From assembly GCA_030704615.1 (NCBI GenBank), contig CM060731.1:55490001-55554000 (forward strand): a stretch of 64,000 nt of DNA, written 5' to 3'. Below are positions 45,340 through 58,840 of the stretch, piece after piece. A program made the translations under genes and the position numbers. Source of the stretch: Takakia lepidozioides (taxonomy: Eukaryota; Plantae; Bryophyta). How positions within the stretch are numbered: the stretch's first letter is position 1; every line of letters starts with the position of its first letter. The notes under the pieces are model-generated. The model saw only the letters and a program-made list of their open reading frames with translations, did no database searches and was not told the DNA's origin.

Positions 45340-47640
45340 ATTTGTCCCGTCATTCCTTGATAGAACGTAAGAAATCACATAACACGCGGTCAAACAAATC
45401 CTCCGCTTCTACCTGTCCAATATAGCCAATTAAACGATTATCTTGGCATTCAGATTGGTTTAGCTGGCTTCTTTGCAGGATAGGCAACTACCAAGCTGAT
45501 GCAACCATCTTTGCATGCGGCAAGCACCCTCGTTTTGGACTCGGAACTATTCTTGTACATCTGTTCCGGATCTGTAGTTGCCGCTGCTCTAGCCCACTGC
45601 ACCTCAGATCACAGCTTCAGTTGACAGAAGTCAGGAATCTTCAAATTCCCAAGTCTCACAACAAAAAGACATCAGCTCCAGATCTGTCGTAAAAAATGAG
45701 GCATGGCGGACGAGATTTCTCTTCAGCATCAAGAAATTTACTTACGGTGTGGATCCTATATGACTCCCTCCACACTCCTTCACCTTCACCGATAACCGTT
45801 GGCTTGTCCCTTGCGAATTTTGGAGGCAGGGTTGCATCCTTGAAACACCACATATCGGCCAACAATTTTGTGCCGCAGCTTGGCCACATGAACTGTGAAA
45901 AGTTTCTCCCATGCCCTACCCATTGCACTGGGATCATCCTTGCAATCAACCATGTAGTCTTTAAGTGATTTCTCAAATGAATGGTTGATCGTCAAATAGT
46001 TCATGATGCTATGATGGACTGTCGGTTCGACTATAGAGAAAGTGAATTGGGAACCTGTTGAATGGTAAGCTGTCCAAGGCCACACTCGAGCAAAGTCATA
46101 TCTCCGTCCGTTGAAACGGTATGTTCTCCCCTCCCTGCATAGGCAAAGGAGGTTCCTATTCTTTGCACCAAGGAAGCACCATTGAATGATTCTTCTTTCA
46201 GGACAAATGTGCCTTTTGCTCCACACAGAGCGCTCACAGCATAATAATGGAAGTGTTGTCATTGGTGTTGCTTGTGATATCCTTGAAATAGTTGTCTACT
46301 ACCGTTATATCCCATCTTCCTCCAGCCTTCCTCAGAAGGCGCTCGACAACTTACCAAACACCTTCGACGGCCTCTGAACTTTTCCAGCAGATACTGGGCA
46401 TTGTCCTCCATATGATCATCCTCTAGCTTCAGGTACTCGCTGCAGAATTTCAGAACCTGACGCACATCTGTCCATGAAGAAAATGGAGCAGAAGAAAATT
46501 GAACCGGGCCACCACCCCCTTCTTTTGCAATCAGCGAACGTACGTCCGCTTCCAGCTTCAAAAAGCTGACACCTGTACCAGCAACAAATACTTTCTGCTT
46601 TGGCAACGCCGGAGATGGCCTCACTAGGGCTTTGATCATCGGAGAAAAAATGGACCTTAGCTCTTTCATCTCGGGGGATTCATAGTCATTTACATTTTTC
46701 CTTCCCAACACCTGCGCTTCATCAAGAACTACAGTGAAAGTGCCAACCTTCCCCTCTAAATCCGTCCACAGTTTTTTTATCCTAGCATTTAGCCCCTGAA
46801 TCTTCCAGGGAAGTAACCACGTTAAAAAGTTTATGAGTAAGCACATCATATAGATCGTTACGATCTGCACCAAGGAAAGCACGGAATTGCACCTGGAGCA
46901 TGAGCCATTGCAGAGGACTCAAATCAGGAATTTCTTGGTGACAAAATTCCAAGATTAACAACCTTGAAAGAATGGCACACCTCATACGTTTCATCACAAT
47001 CCTGTGATTCATTGCCTTATCGACCTCTATCTCGTGATAACTCACAGAGGCGACATCATCTGACCCACCGTTTCCTTTGGTTTTAGCTGTCCAATAAAAA
47101 CCCCCACTTCTCTACAAGCAGCTCGTAAAGAAACCGAGTTTTCCCACTCCCACTCACTCCAAACTGGCACAACACCAGTCGGCCATCATTCGCTCGTTCC
47201 CACAAATCACCAACATCTTCAGTCCAACGAGCAATTAATTTATCCAGTAAAATGCTTGGATAACCACGGTGGTCGAGTGGCACACCGTTCTGTATAGACA
47301 AATTGCACCCCATCTTTTTGAACATGTCCAAAAACTCAGAAAATTTCAATTTCCATTCTTGCATAACCACCTTCACTGATTCTGTAAGCAAAACCCACAC
47401 ACTTTCCGTCACTCCTGACAGATCCATGTATCTGAAAAATAAGAGCATCCTATCTTGCAAATAATTGAACAATACAAAGATACACCAACAAAGCCTATGA
47501 CCAAAGAAAATGCAAAGAGAAGGGGAACATGGAAGGGAAGGCCAAGTAACAGAGTAGCTCTACCTGAAAACCCGTTTCCAGAGGTTTTCAATCTCTTCGC
47601 AGATCTCTCTCCCCCTGCAAATATGTCAGATTTTGTCAAA
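45340..47640 (-). pseudogene. Crinkler (CR)-like P-loop NTPase + C-terminal REase-fold protein, frameshifted
   Basis: Walker A GVSGSGKTR; Walker B VVLDEAQ; RSIFSP, VAGTGVS, FRGRRR; C-terminal SGADVF...FCQLKL...AAATTDPEQMY. Confidence 0.75.
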
Positions 47641-47719
47641 TTTCAAAAGATCTGCATTCATCCAAACTCTTACCATGGAATTACTGATGAAACTGCTGTG
47701 TTGTATGACAGCATCCTGT

Positions 47720-47737
47720 AACCCTAAACCCTAAACC
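47720..47737. repeat. Telomere-type repeat / telo-box (AAACCCT)n
   Basis: aaccctaaaccctaaacc. Confidence 0.75.
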
Positions 47738-47845
47738 GAGGACAAACTAAATTATCTGAGCACACACCGATCTCTATCAGCCATGGAATATTCAGAAGTT
47801 TTCAATCTCTTCCCAAATCTCTCTCCCACTGCATATATGTCAGAC

Positions 47846-48290
47846 TCCACCCATCACAGAGTATGTCCTGGCCTTGAAAGAGGCCCTCCCACACTTTACA
47901 CAGTCACTTCAAGATCTCTCCTCTTGCCCATGGTGATACAAGGAGGGAGGTAGAAGGTGCTGTAGATTCTTGGGAGAGCTTTGCCACTTCTGCTGCTGCT
48001 GATAGAGTCATGGAAGGAAACTAATTATCTGTGGTAGAGCAGTAAATTGGTGGACCCATGAGGTCAAGCTCAAGATTGCTGAGAGGCAGGCGCTCTATAA
48101 GGACTGCTGTAATATCAAAGATGAAAAAATGCTCTGGTCTAGATACTACCAACTGTGTAAAGAGGTCAATCAGCTTGTAAGGGATCAGAAGCGGCTTTAC
48201 TGGGAGAAGTTGTACAGTGACATAAACTTAACCCACCATGGTCGTAATGACAAAAGATTATGGTTGGCCTTACAGCCAATCATCATAAGA
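47846..48290 (+). mobile_element. LINE ORF2 internal fragment (linker between endonuclease and RT)
   Basis: KWWTHEVKLKIAERQALYK...LWSRYYQLCKEVNQLVRDQKRLYWEKL..KRLW. Confidence 0.6.
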
Positions 48291-49520
48291 CCAACAATTG
48301 CACAACCAATACATGTACCCTACCTGGATCTTGGCAAGAACCACAACAGTGATAGACAATGTATATAGACTGGGAAAACGTAACACACCGAAGAGAAAAG
48401 AAGACAAGAACGTAGAACACTTTAAACCTGCCCTCATCTGCCGCAATCTGACCGACCTTAAGAAAATAATAGTGGAAACCTTCAAGTGCAAACCCTGTTA
48501 CTTGTTGGGGGTGCTACAAAAGAATAAACCACAAGTATCAACCAACAAAACGACTTGGAATAAAAATAGAAGAGGGTGTAAGGACAGCAATCACTATACT
48601 ATTGATAACATACCAGCAACTTCAGAGGGTTCAAAGCAAAAACATAACGAAAAAAAAAACCATAAACGCTACCAAGAAGCTGCTTGTAATGCTAAAAATA
48701 TGCAAATATCTCAAGATACTACTAGATTCAGTTTGAAATACCCTGTCCTAACAAACAACCGTGTCTTTCAAAGGACCCCCCTCATATTTTACTTGTTAAC
48801 ATGGATCTATCGAATGAATAAACTGCATGTATCAACCGTACACAGGATCACACACGGGATTGGGAGAAGCTGTTGAAACCCTGAGTGCACAACGCAGCCA
48901 AGAAACCACAAAAATTGCAAACACTTGACTCCAAGCTACGCATTGAACGAATCATTGAACAAATCAGCAACTGCAGCGGGTTCAACAATCAACTGCCCAA
49001 TTGTCTTGCAAGAATTCAAATGTGCCTGCCCATCATCAGAATTGCAGACATAAAAACAAACGGGCTCAGACTGCCCTAGGCAACCCATCGACATTCACCA
49101 GACTCTCTCCATGACGCACTATCTGACACCCTGGTTTCCATAACCAACAACACCGTTCAACCAAGAAGCAAGAGACGTAACAAAAATCAGATGAAGATTT
49201 GAAACCCTAACCCGAGTCATGGAAGGAAACTAATTATCTGTGGTAGAGCAGTAAATTGGTGGACCCATGAGATCAAGCTCAAGATTGCTGAGAGGCAGGC
49301 GCTCTATTATCATTTCCTCTTCAAAAGGAGCAAATGATCTGGTGACGACAAACTCAGTACTTGAACCTCACGATCAGTAAACTCAAGCCGCAGAGCCCTA
49401 AGAAACTCAGACCACCACAACGATCAGGTGCTTGTAAAAACAAAACAAGATTTCAACATAGTGGAACATGCACTGAAATGACAAAATAAAATGTCCAAGG
49501 TGTTGGATTGGACATCAAAA

Positions 49521-49540
49521 GGGTTTAGGGTTTAGGGTTT
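49521..49540. repeat. Telomere-type repeat (TTTAGGG)n at the inner edge of the right TIR
   Basis: gggtttagggtttagggttt. Confidence 0.85.
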
Positions 49541-50301
49541 AAGGTTCAGATAAAGCGTCAAAACAAGTGTAGCAGTACAACGCGGATGCTCCGGGTGCAA
49601 GATAAACACGATCCGGGCAAACAAGTTTTAGGGGGGGCCAGTTATGCACCCCTGGAAAAATTTCAGATCCTGTGAATCAAACCTGAAAGGAGAGATCCTG
49701 AGAGACATGAAACTAGAATAGAAGTATGCGAGGTGTCCTGAAATGCAACTGCAAACCTATGCAAGAGGCAAATGTGCGTATGAGAACTATTTCACTGGAT
49801 ACACAGGAGAATAAGAACCCTATCTCTGTTTTGCAAGAGAATGGACACACTAGGAACAACTTAGATGCAGATCTCCCATGCACTACTCGAGAGGGAGTTT
49901 ATGGCATGCCGTATAGACACAGAGCATATAACAATGCAATGATCTAAAGCAGGGGATACAAACGCATCTAAAACTCGACAACTTCAAAGGGTGAGACCAC
50001 GAGGCAAGATCATGCAAAGTAGTGAAGCCGAATCTTTATAGACCCCAGACTAGTTTCGCTCAGCGCGTGAGCTCATCAGTGGGAAAGAAAAGGAATGAGA
50101 TACAAACCCCACCCCCCCCCCCCCCCCCCGCTTATATACTACTAGGAGTGAACTGCCTCGTGTGGACAATCTTCCAGTGGATGTCTCGCGAGGAGAAAAA
50201 CCATCCAACAGACGTCTTGTACGGAGAGAATAGTCCAAAAAGTCTCGGTGGGAGAAAGTCATCTAGTGGATGAAAACAAGTTCTCGACAAAAGAGAACTA
50301 G

Positions 50302-50974
50302 ATCCAAAGAATAAAAATCATCCAAATAGTCAATTGCATATCTCTCAAATACAACTAACTCCGTGAGTTTATGACTATGCAACAACCAATTATGCTGAAG
50401 TTAGAGCATGTTGTGCAAAGTCGTAAGGGCTGAAACCACTTCGAAAGGAACGCACAACTCGTAAGAGCTTTGCACACGCAGACCATCGCGCAACCATCGT
50501 CTTGCTAAAGCCTGCAGCTGTGTTGTCCTGAACGTGTCCAACCACGATCCCCACCTTCCGACCTCCAAGAAGAAACACGGCGCAAAACAGAGATAGGGTT
50601 CTTATTCGCCTTCACGTAATGGAGGCAGGTGTTGATCTTCATTCTTTTGACCAAGCTGCTCATTCATGTGATGAGGCAACAATACGAAGACCGAGCCGTG
50701 TTTCTTCTTGGAGGTCGGAAGGTGGGGATCATGGTTGGACACGTTCAGGACAACACAGCTGCAGGCTTTAGCAAGACGATGGTTGCGCGATGGTCTGCGT
50801 GTGCAAAGCTCTTACGAGTTGTGCGTTCCTTTCGAAGTGGTTTCAGCCCTTACGACTTTGCACAACATGCTCTAACTTCAGCATAATTGGTTGTTGCATA
50901 GTCATAAACTCACGGAGTTAGTTGTATTTGAGAGATATGCATTTGACTATTTGGATGATTTTTATTCTTTGGAT
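50302..50974. repeat. Near-perfect inverted repeat: arms 50302-50581 and 50695-50974, 113-nt loop
   Basis: 280-bp arms with about 2 mismatches seen by eye; right arm is cut by the LTR at 50975. Confidence 0.95.
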
Positions 50975-51857
50975 TGTTAGAGGACTGCTTGGGACTTGGA
51001 CGCTTTTACGGGATCTGTGGGGTACCCTTAATTTTTACACAGACTGAGACCAACATGAGCCTTAGGGGTGACAGCAACAGGCTTTAGGGGGGGAGATACA
51101 CAGCCCAACACAGTCCATCACAGCCCGTCACAGCCGTCACAGTCCAACACAGCCAGTCACAGCCCGACACAGCCCGTCACAGTTTCACACAGCCGGTCAC
51201 AGCTTGACACAGCTGTCACGACCATAGGGAACGGATAGCAGGACAGAGAACGACTGTGGGGAACAACATCTGCGAATGGAACATGTTAGTTCACGGATGA
51301 CGGTTAGTGAGGGAAACGGTTAGAACAACGGGTAGGAAGATAAAGCAAGGAGCGAGGACTGGAAAAGGATCAATTTCTGGGGGAGCACTTCTTGGGGGGG
51401 ACTTCGGACATTACTGGGGGAAATGAGGCAGAGAGCGCATCTCTGAGCAGAAAGGGGAGAGCACGGAGTAGGGAGGAGACGATCTGTTGATGCTTGATGA
51501 ATGCAAGCAGTAGAGTTGTAATGTAGAGCAGATTAGAGACTCCATGGCTTCAGCCTGATACTTGATAGATATTAATCTGATACATACTTCATACTCACAC
51601 TGTGTAGAAGATCTGAGTGAAGCTGTGGAATGAATGGATGAGTTGATGGAATCCGATAGATTGCTGAAGCAAACTGATACTTAATTACCAACAGTAAGGT
51701 AACTAGATAACATGAATGCGGGAAGGAAAACAAATAGGAAACACCCCCATGATACACTAGCTGTAGGTCATGACTGATTGTTCTGAGCGGGCTGAGTGCT
51801 TAGAGATTTCCAACTCTTCTATCTTGGAGTTTCCGCCTCGGATAGCGAAGGGATGGT

Positions 51858-53179
51858 GTGAGTAAAAGCCGCGCGACATTTGGCGACCATACTGGGGAAT
51901 TGGGTCATGAACAACCAGATGTGACAGGCATCTGGTGGGATCATGGTAGTTGGAGAATTAAAGAATTTGATGTGAATCAAATTCCTTGTGAAACTGAGAA
52001 GGAAAGATTGTCCAAACGATTCTTTCTGAGGTTCTTGGAATTGCCAGACGGTTGTAAAGAAATTATTCTTAAGAGAGTGCATGATGCTGATCCTGAGTGG
52101 GGTCTGGAGAAATGAGTGATAAAGATTTATCAGGTGGCATGTAGAGGAAGAGCACGTTGGTTACCAACATTGGTTTTGTGATAGCATTGCTATCCATTAA
52201 GCGAGTAGAGTTTGAAGGCTGGGAGGAAAGAAAGGTGAATGTTTATACTCATATGCATGAAGAGCTTGTACTGGTAAAGAATTGGATTCCAAAGGATATT
52301 TTGTGGATCAAACTCACACCAAGAACAGCTTTCCAGACTTGTTTGCCATATGGTTATATGGTAACGGAGACTTCTAGTATAGCCAAGGGTGCATTGAAGC
52401 TTGAAAGAAACCCAGGCATATACGAGAGATATTACAGAAGAGAGTTTTGGTTGTTGCCACATTAAAAGAAATGAAAGACATGGGACATGAGTGATGAAAG
52501 AGAAGCTAGATGCCAGAGATATTCAGCAAAAAGAGAAAGCTATCTGAAAGCTAATTATCCATATCTTTGGGAGAGAGGAATAGACACAGGGGAATCATCT
52601 GGACCTCTCACACCATTAAGATCAAAGAGTACATCACCCATACCGGAAGAACTAGAGTTGGATGCCACTCCTTCTGTTTCTTTGCAAGAAAGATTAAGGG
52701 AATTGGTACGGGAAGAAGATCAATCACGAGGTGAAAGATCTGAGGTACATCCCTGGATAAAAGATTTGACAGAAATCTTTGATAAGAGTTGGCATGGAAC
52801 ACCAAAAGTAGGAACTCCAGTTTCTGAAGCGGAAGGTGAAGAAGGAGGAGAGGATGTGGCAGAACCAACGGAGAGTTCAGACTGTCCAACACCATTGCAG
52901 TTGAGTTACATGAGTGAAGAAGAAACCCAAGGGCAGAACTTGGAGGATGAAAATAGAGAGAAGAAATTGGAAGAGGAAGAGTATGAAGAAGTAGACCCAA
53001 TAGCTGAGGTTGAGACTACAACCAGGACATCCCAACCCGTTGGACCTGGATCAAGTGGAGCACTTGGATCACAGGCCAACGAAGGTGTCGGCTCAGGGGG
53101 ATCAGGCGGGCTGCCTGGATCTGGCTCTGGGGGGACAGGAGTGTGGGAAGTAGTGCAACTGGAGTTGGGAATACTGTGA
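51858..53179 (+). CDS. Extra 5' ORF or long N-terminal gag extension of unknown function (fragmented)
   Basis: Consecutive sense ORFs 51858, 52157 and 52487 (acidic and Gly-rich) upstream of the gag core. Confidence 0.5.
51881..51898 (+). promoter_or_regulatory. Primer binding site, probably tRNA-Arg type
   Basis: TGGCGACCATACTGGGGA 2 nt after the LTR resembles the TGGCGAC...CTGGGGA PBS of Tat/Ogre-type elements. Confidence 0.75.
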
Positions 53180-56100
53180 ATATCGTGGGGCCAGTAGCAG
53201 GGAGTGCTCAAGGGCCATCACTTGGTGGAAGATCCATCAAAACAACAACAGGTGCTGAAGGACCAGCACCAGCAAGGGTGCAAGTACCTGTCAGTGGGCA
53301 GAAGGTAGGGCCACAGATGGCGTTACAACCAACACGGGCAAAACCACCTTTTCCAATATATTCAGGAAAAGGGGATCCCGATGTACACATTAGCCAATTT
53401 GATAACATGTGTATACTGAACAATGAGAATGGCGATGATGCCAAGATGAGATTGTTTCCTTGTTCACTTATCAAGAAAACAAGTGAATGGTATGCAAGAT
53501 TACCTGATAATCATTTCCTAACCTAGAATGGCTTGAATACAACATTCCGAAAGGTTCAGGACAAGTAAAACTGAGGATGAAGTGTATGGAAGTTTACAAC
53601 AGTTAAAGCAAAAAGCATGAAACTGTTGAGGAGTATATGGAAAAGATGGAATTGATGTTGAAAAAGCTGGCTGCTGTACCAGCACCAGGTTTACAGAAGA
53701 CTTGGTTTGTGAGTGGACTAAGACCAGAGTTGCAGAAGAAAGTGGATATGTTACCCCATAATACAGTGGAGGAGGCATTTGAAACGGCAAACAGAATTGA
53801 GCAATTGGGAATGCTCAGGAGAGAGAAAAGGGATGATGAGGACTCTGAGGATGAATTAGATGAAGAAGAAGAGCAAGAACTGAAAAGGAAGAGTAAGAGA
53901 AGGAGAAGTTGAAGAGGATAACTATGAGAAAAGATTAGAAGAAATCTTGAAGAAGTATGCCATAGAGGCTGCAACACATTGGAGGAAGGGTGTTTGGTGT
54001 GCAAAGTGCCAGAATGAAGGCCATACCACCACTGAATGCCACATGAAGGAGAAACACTGTACTATCTGTAAAATGGATAACCATTCTACTGAGAATTGTT
54101 ACTACAACAGAAGGACAGCAGCTAGAGAACCTAGGCAAGTAAGGGTGCATCAAGTGCAGCCCCAGCCAAGAAGAAACAGTGATAAGGACCACTATGGTAG
54201 GCCTGGTGGTTATAACAATGGCATGGAAGGGAGAGGTAATTCAAGAGAGAATTACCAAGGAAATTCCAGAGGCAACTATCAGGGTAATCCAAGGGGGAAT
54301 TACCTGCCCGGGAATCAGGATTACAGAAAAAATCCAAGAGCAGACCAAGGGCGAGGACCCAATGGTGAAGAACTATGTTACTATTGTAATCAGCCAGAAC
54401 ATCGCAAGGCAGCCTGTTCATTCTGGATTAGACATCAGAATGAGATGAGAGCTCCTGTGAATGAGGGCCCAGAGGTGGCAGCTCACATGGTTAGGCCATG
54501 TGTTGTACCAGAAGTAAGTACAATGATAGTAACAAGAAGCAAAGCCAACTAATACCTCCAGTAGTTGAGGAGGATGAGATGGCAGTGATATGCCTGAAGA
54601 TGATGAGGCTTGGAGAGATGAGAAGGAACTGCACAAGGAAGTGGCAGATACCATAAGGGAAATGCAGAGAGTACTGATATTCCTATGGCAGATTCCTCTG
54701 ATTTTGATGGAGAAGAAGAAGTGAGTGAGGATGAAAGGAAAAAGAAGATGCAGACCTGCAAAGTAATGAAGGGACTTTGGCTGAATTAATATGCCAGACC
54801 AAAGCAGAGATTACCATTGGACAGCTATTGGCTGTGGCACCTTATTGTAGACACAGGCTGTATCAAGCAATCAATCGAATTGCCCAGGAGACAGGAAACA
54901 CAGATCTGAACAGCAAGGTGACCAGTTATAATGTGAAGCCGGAAGGGCGAGAAACAGTCATGGACTTTGATGATTCTATGCCAGTAATCCAATGAGAATT
55001 GGAAGCACAGAACTAACTGATGTACTGATAGATGGAGGCTCTGGAGTAAATATCATGACAACCAATTAAGAAGAAGCTTGGTCTAAGTAACATGAAACCA
55101 GCCCCATTTACAGTAAACAATGGCAGATCAAAGAGTGTACAGCCATTGGGATTAATAAGAGGAGTTAAGATACAGATACAGAAAGATCTTTATGATCACA
55201 GTAACTGTGTTGAAGATGGATGAAGTCATGGAGGCTTACTCCTTATTATTGGGACGTCCGTGGCTGAAACAGGCCAGAGTATTCCATGACTGGAATTCTC
55301 AGTTACTAAACCGTGCATAATGGGATGCACGAGATACAAATTACCACAAAGAAATCTAGTAGATTACCTGCTACGAGAAGACCTCGAGGGTCAGAGAGTA
55401 TGACTGGAGAGGAGGTTGGATGAGGAGCAGGAAGCTACCCTGTTTGCTGCACACCAGAATGGGAGCAGGTTGCAGAGATGCGGCTGGAAAGCCTAAGTTG
55501 TTTAAGAGGTATCTGCTGCTGGTTGTGTTAGCAACACCAATTGAAGAGGAAACCAGCAGTTACCCATCACATTTCTATGAAGAAAGAGAAGGAGAAATGG
55601 AAATCCTAGAGGAACCAGCCACTGTGAGTTTACAGGATGAGTGGTGACTGGTTGGACAATCACAGCTGATGAGCAGGTGAGGGAAGTAAATGTGGGAACT
55701 AAAGAGGAACCGAGGATGGTGAAGGTAGGAGCTGATTTGGAGCCAAAATTCTTTGAAGAAGCTAAGAGTTTGTTCATCAAATACAAAGATGTATTTGCTT
55801 GGAGCTATGAGGATCTAAAAGGGATACCACCTAAAATCTGTCAACAAAGATTGAACTGGAACCAGGGTCAGTACCAATCAAGCAGGCAAGATACAGAATG
55901 AATCCCAACTACGCACAGAAGGTTGGAGAAGAGATCAAGAAGTTGGCTGAGGCTAAGTTTATCTACCCAATAGAGTATAACACTTGGTTGTCACCCATTG
56001 TGATAGTTCCCAAGAAGAATGGTAAACTAAGAGTTTGTGTGAACTACAAGAAGCTGAATGCTTGTAACGAAGAAAGATCCTTTCCCTTTGCCATTCACAG

Positions 56101-58414
56101 AAGCAGTATTGGACACTGTGGCAGGCCATGAGATGTACTCATTCATGGATGGCTTCAGTGGTTATAATCAAGTGCAAGTGGCAGAAGAAGACCAAGGAAA
56201 GACAGCTTTCATCACAGATGGGGTGCTTATGCATACAAATTCATGCCCTTTGGACTTTGTAATGCACCAGCAACCTTTCAGAGAGTGATAAGTGAATCTT
56301 TTCATGAGTATCTGGTGATTTCATCAGGTGTTCTTGGATGATTTCAGTGTGTACAGTCTAAGAATGAGCACTTGCATAAATTGGAGTTATGTCTGGCCAG
56401 ATGCAGGATGAGAGTCGGGGCTGAATCTAGAGAATGTATTTTCTGTGTGAACTCACGCGTGCTTCAGGGACACATTGTGTGTAAGAGGGGACTTCTTGTG
56501 GATCCCATGAAGACAGAGGCCATTAAAGCCCTCCACACCAACAATGTAAAGAGTCTAAGGAGATTCCTTGGGCAAAAACCAGTTATTACAGAAGATTTGT
56601 CAAGGTATGCACAAATAGCAGCACACCATTGAGCAAGCTTCTGAAGAAAGATGCAGTGTTTGCATGGACAGCTTAATGTCAACAGGCTTTTGAGGAACTT
56701 ATATTGTCAGTACACAACACCTTGCTGATTAACCCTCACTGGCATGTAGTATTTCATGTTCACTGTGATGCCTCAGGAGAAGCGTTGGGAGCGGTGTTAG
56801 CCCAAAATGTTACAGGAAATATAGATTCACCTGTGTACTATGCTAGGTTGATGAACAGTGCTGAAAGGAACTATAGCACAACTGAAAGAGAAGCACTGGC
56901 AATGATTATGCAGTCAAGAAATTCAGGCATTACCTATTGGGAAGAAAGTTTATGTTTTATATGGATCACCAGGCTCTGATATATCTAGTGAACAAACCTT
57001 TGATAAGTGGAAGGATAGCGAGGTGGTTAATAATCTTTGCATGAGTTTGAGTTTGAAGTTTGTTTACAAGCCTGGCCGTTGCATCTTGTGGCAGATCATT
57101 TGTCACGACTAACAACAGGAGAGGCCGCCCAGGAGTAGATGATCATTTCCTGATGCGAGTTTATTTGTAATGGAGGTGCAAGGAAGTGCAGATGAATGGT
57201 TAGATTGGCAGTGGCCAATCAGATACTACCTTACTCATGGTCAATGCCCACTTATTTGGTAAGGAGCAGAGGAAGAAATCGCTATCAGGCTTACCTTATA
57301 CTATGGTAGGAAGCAGAATGTATAAGCTAGGACCTGATGGAGTACTTAAACGATGCTTGTACCACCATGAAGTAATAAGTTTTTGGAGAAGTTCATAAAG
57401 GAGTGGCTGGAGGTCATTTTGGAGAAGAGACTACCAGTAGAAGATACACTCGCGGGTTACTGGTGGCCTACTTGTTCAGATGTACAAAATATTGTCAGAG
57501 TTGTGATGAATGTCAGAGGCTAGGACCTTTGCAGATCTGGAAAGAGGCCTGCATCCTACACTGCCTACGAAACCATTTCAGAAATGGGGACTAGACTTTG
57601 TTTGGACCAATTAAACCACCACCAAGAATACCAGAACAGGTACATAATGGACACCAGCCCTGGATTATACTACGAAGTGGGTGGAAGCTAAAGCTTTGAG
57701 GGACAACACAGCCAAGTCCACAGCAAGGTTCCTGTATGAGAACATACTACACGATTTGGCTGTCCCTTGGAAGATTTATCAGTGATCAGGGAAGTCACTT
57801 CATTAATGAGACCATTGAATTATTGACTAAAGAGTTCATGATTGTGCATAGAAAAGTACAACATATTACCCACAGGGTAATGGACAGGCAGAGGCTACCA
57901 AACAAATACTATGTACTATCTTGGCTAAGATAGTCAATGCAAACAGAACGGATTGGGATACAAAGCTGCTGACGCTTTGTGGTCATACAAGACTTCATAT
58001 AAGTCACCACTAAGTATACACCATTCCAATTAGTTTATGGTATGGAACTTACTTCAAGTGAAATTCCTGTTACCTACCATGAGAACGGAATGGGGAAAGA
58101 GAATGGAATTGCAAGATTCAATTAAGGTCAGGAAACATGAATTACCATGTGGAAGAAGTACGTGTGATGCAGCTGATAACATGACCAGAATTCAGATGAA
58201 AAAAAAGGAACAATTTGATGAAGGCAAGATAAGACTTTTAAGACGGGAGATTTGGTCTCTTGTTGCGAAGAAGGGAAAGATTAAAGCTTATAAGCTTAAA
58301 TCACCATGGAAAGGACCTTATGTCATACAGAAGATGTATGATAACAACACCGCATGTTACAAACCATTAACAAGAGATGCTGGAAGAGTCAATGCCAATA
58401 AGTTGAAGGGGTAA
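53143..58414 (+). pseudogene. gag-pol: gag-pol (gag, CCHC fingers, PR, RT, RH, INT), heavily frameshifted
   Basis: FPIYSGKGDPDVHI; WCAKCQNEGH..C; VLIDGGSGVNI; FMDGFSGYNQ; FLDDF; HCDAS; YSTTEREAL; ISDQGSHF; WKGPY. Confidence 0.92.
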
Positions 58415-58549
58415 ATTGGTATCCATGACAAACCATTGCAGCATGATTTGCATGTTGAAACGCAAAAGCAGTCACGGGCGGCGCCAGTGATACAACAGAG
58501 TATGGAGCACTTGTCGCTAAGCGAGCATATATAACCAGGGTGGGCAGAC

Positions 58550-58840
58550 AAAGCGACACAGCCTATCACAGCCCAGCAAGGGGCGACACAGCCCATCACC
58601 CATCACGACGTTACACAGCCTATCACACACAGCGGTCACAGCCCCAGCACGGCGCGACACCAGCCTATCGCAGCCCAGCAAGACGTGACACAATATCACA
58701 CCCCCAGCACGGCGCAATACAACCTATCACAACCTACGCACACGATCACACAGCCTATCACAGCACACAGTGCAACACAGTCTCTATCACATCTACCACA
58801 TATGACACACCAGCAGCCTGTCACAGCTCAAACACAGCCT
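58550..58840. repeat. CACAGCC/TATCAC-type minisatellite after pol, related to the tracts in both LTRs (51098-51220, 63267-63410)
   Basis: Repeated cacagcc / ctatcac words. Confidence 0.8.

Larger units (their letters stand above)
42657..50046. mobile_element. Non-autonomous long-TIR (Pack-MULE/foldback-like) 'element C'; TIRs 42657-43150 and 49542-50037
   Basis: ~495-bp inverted repeats with few mismatches; right end probably extends to ...ATAGACCCC (50046); no transposase recognised inside. Confidence 0.88.

Noticed and set aside
50390-50886. Duplicated 62-85 aa gene pair
   Set aside because: Mirror translations of the inverted-repeat arms, with no recognisable protein features
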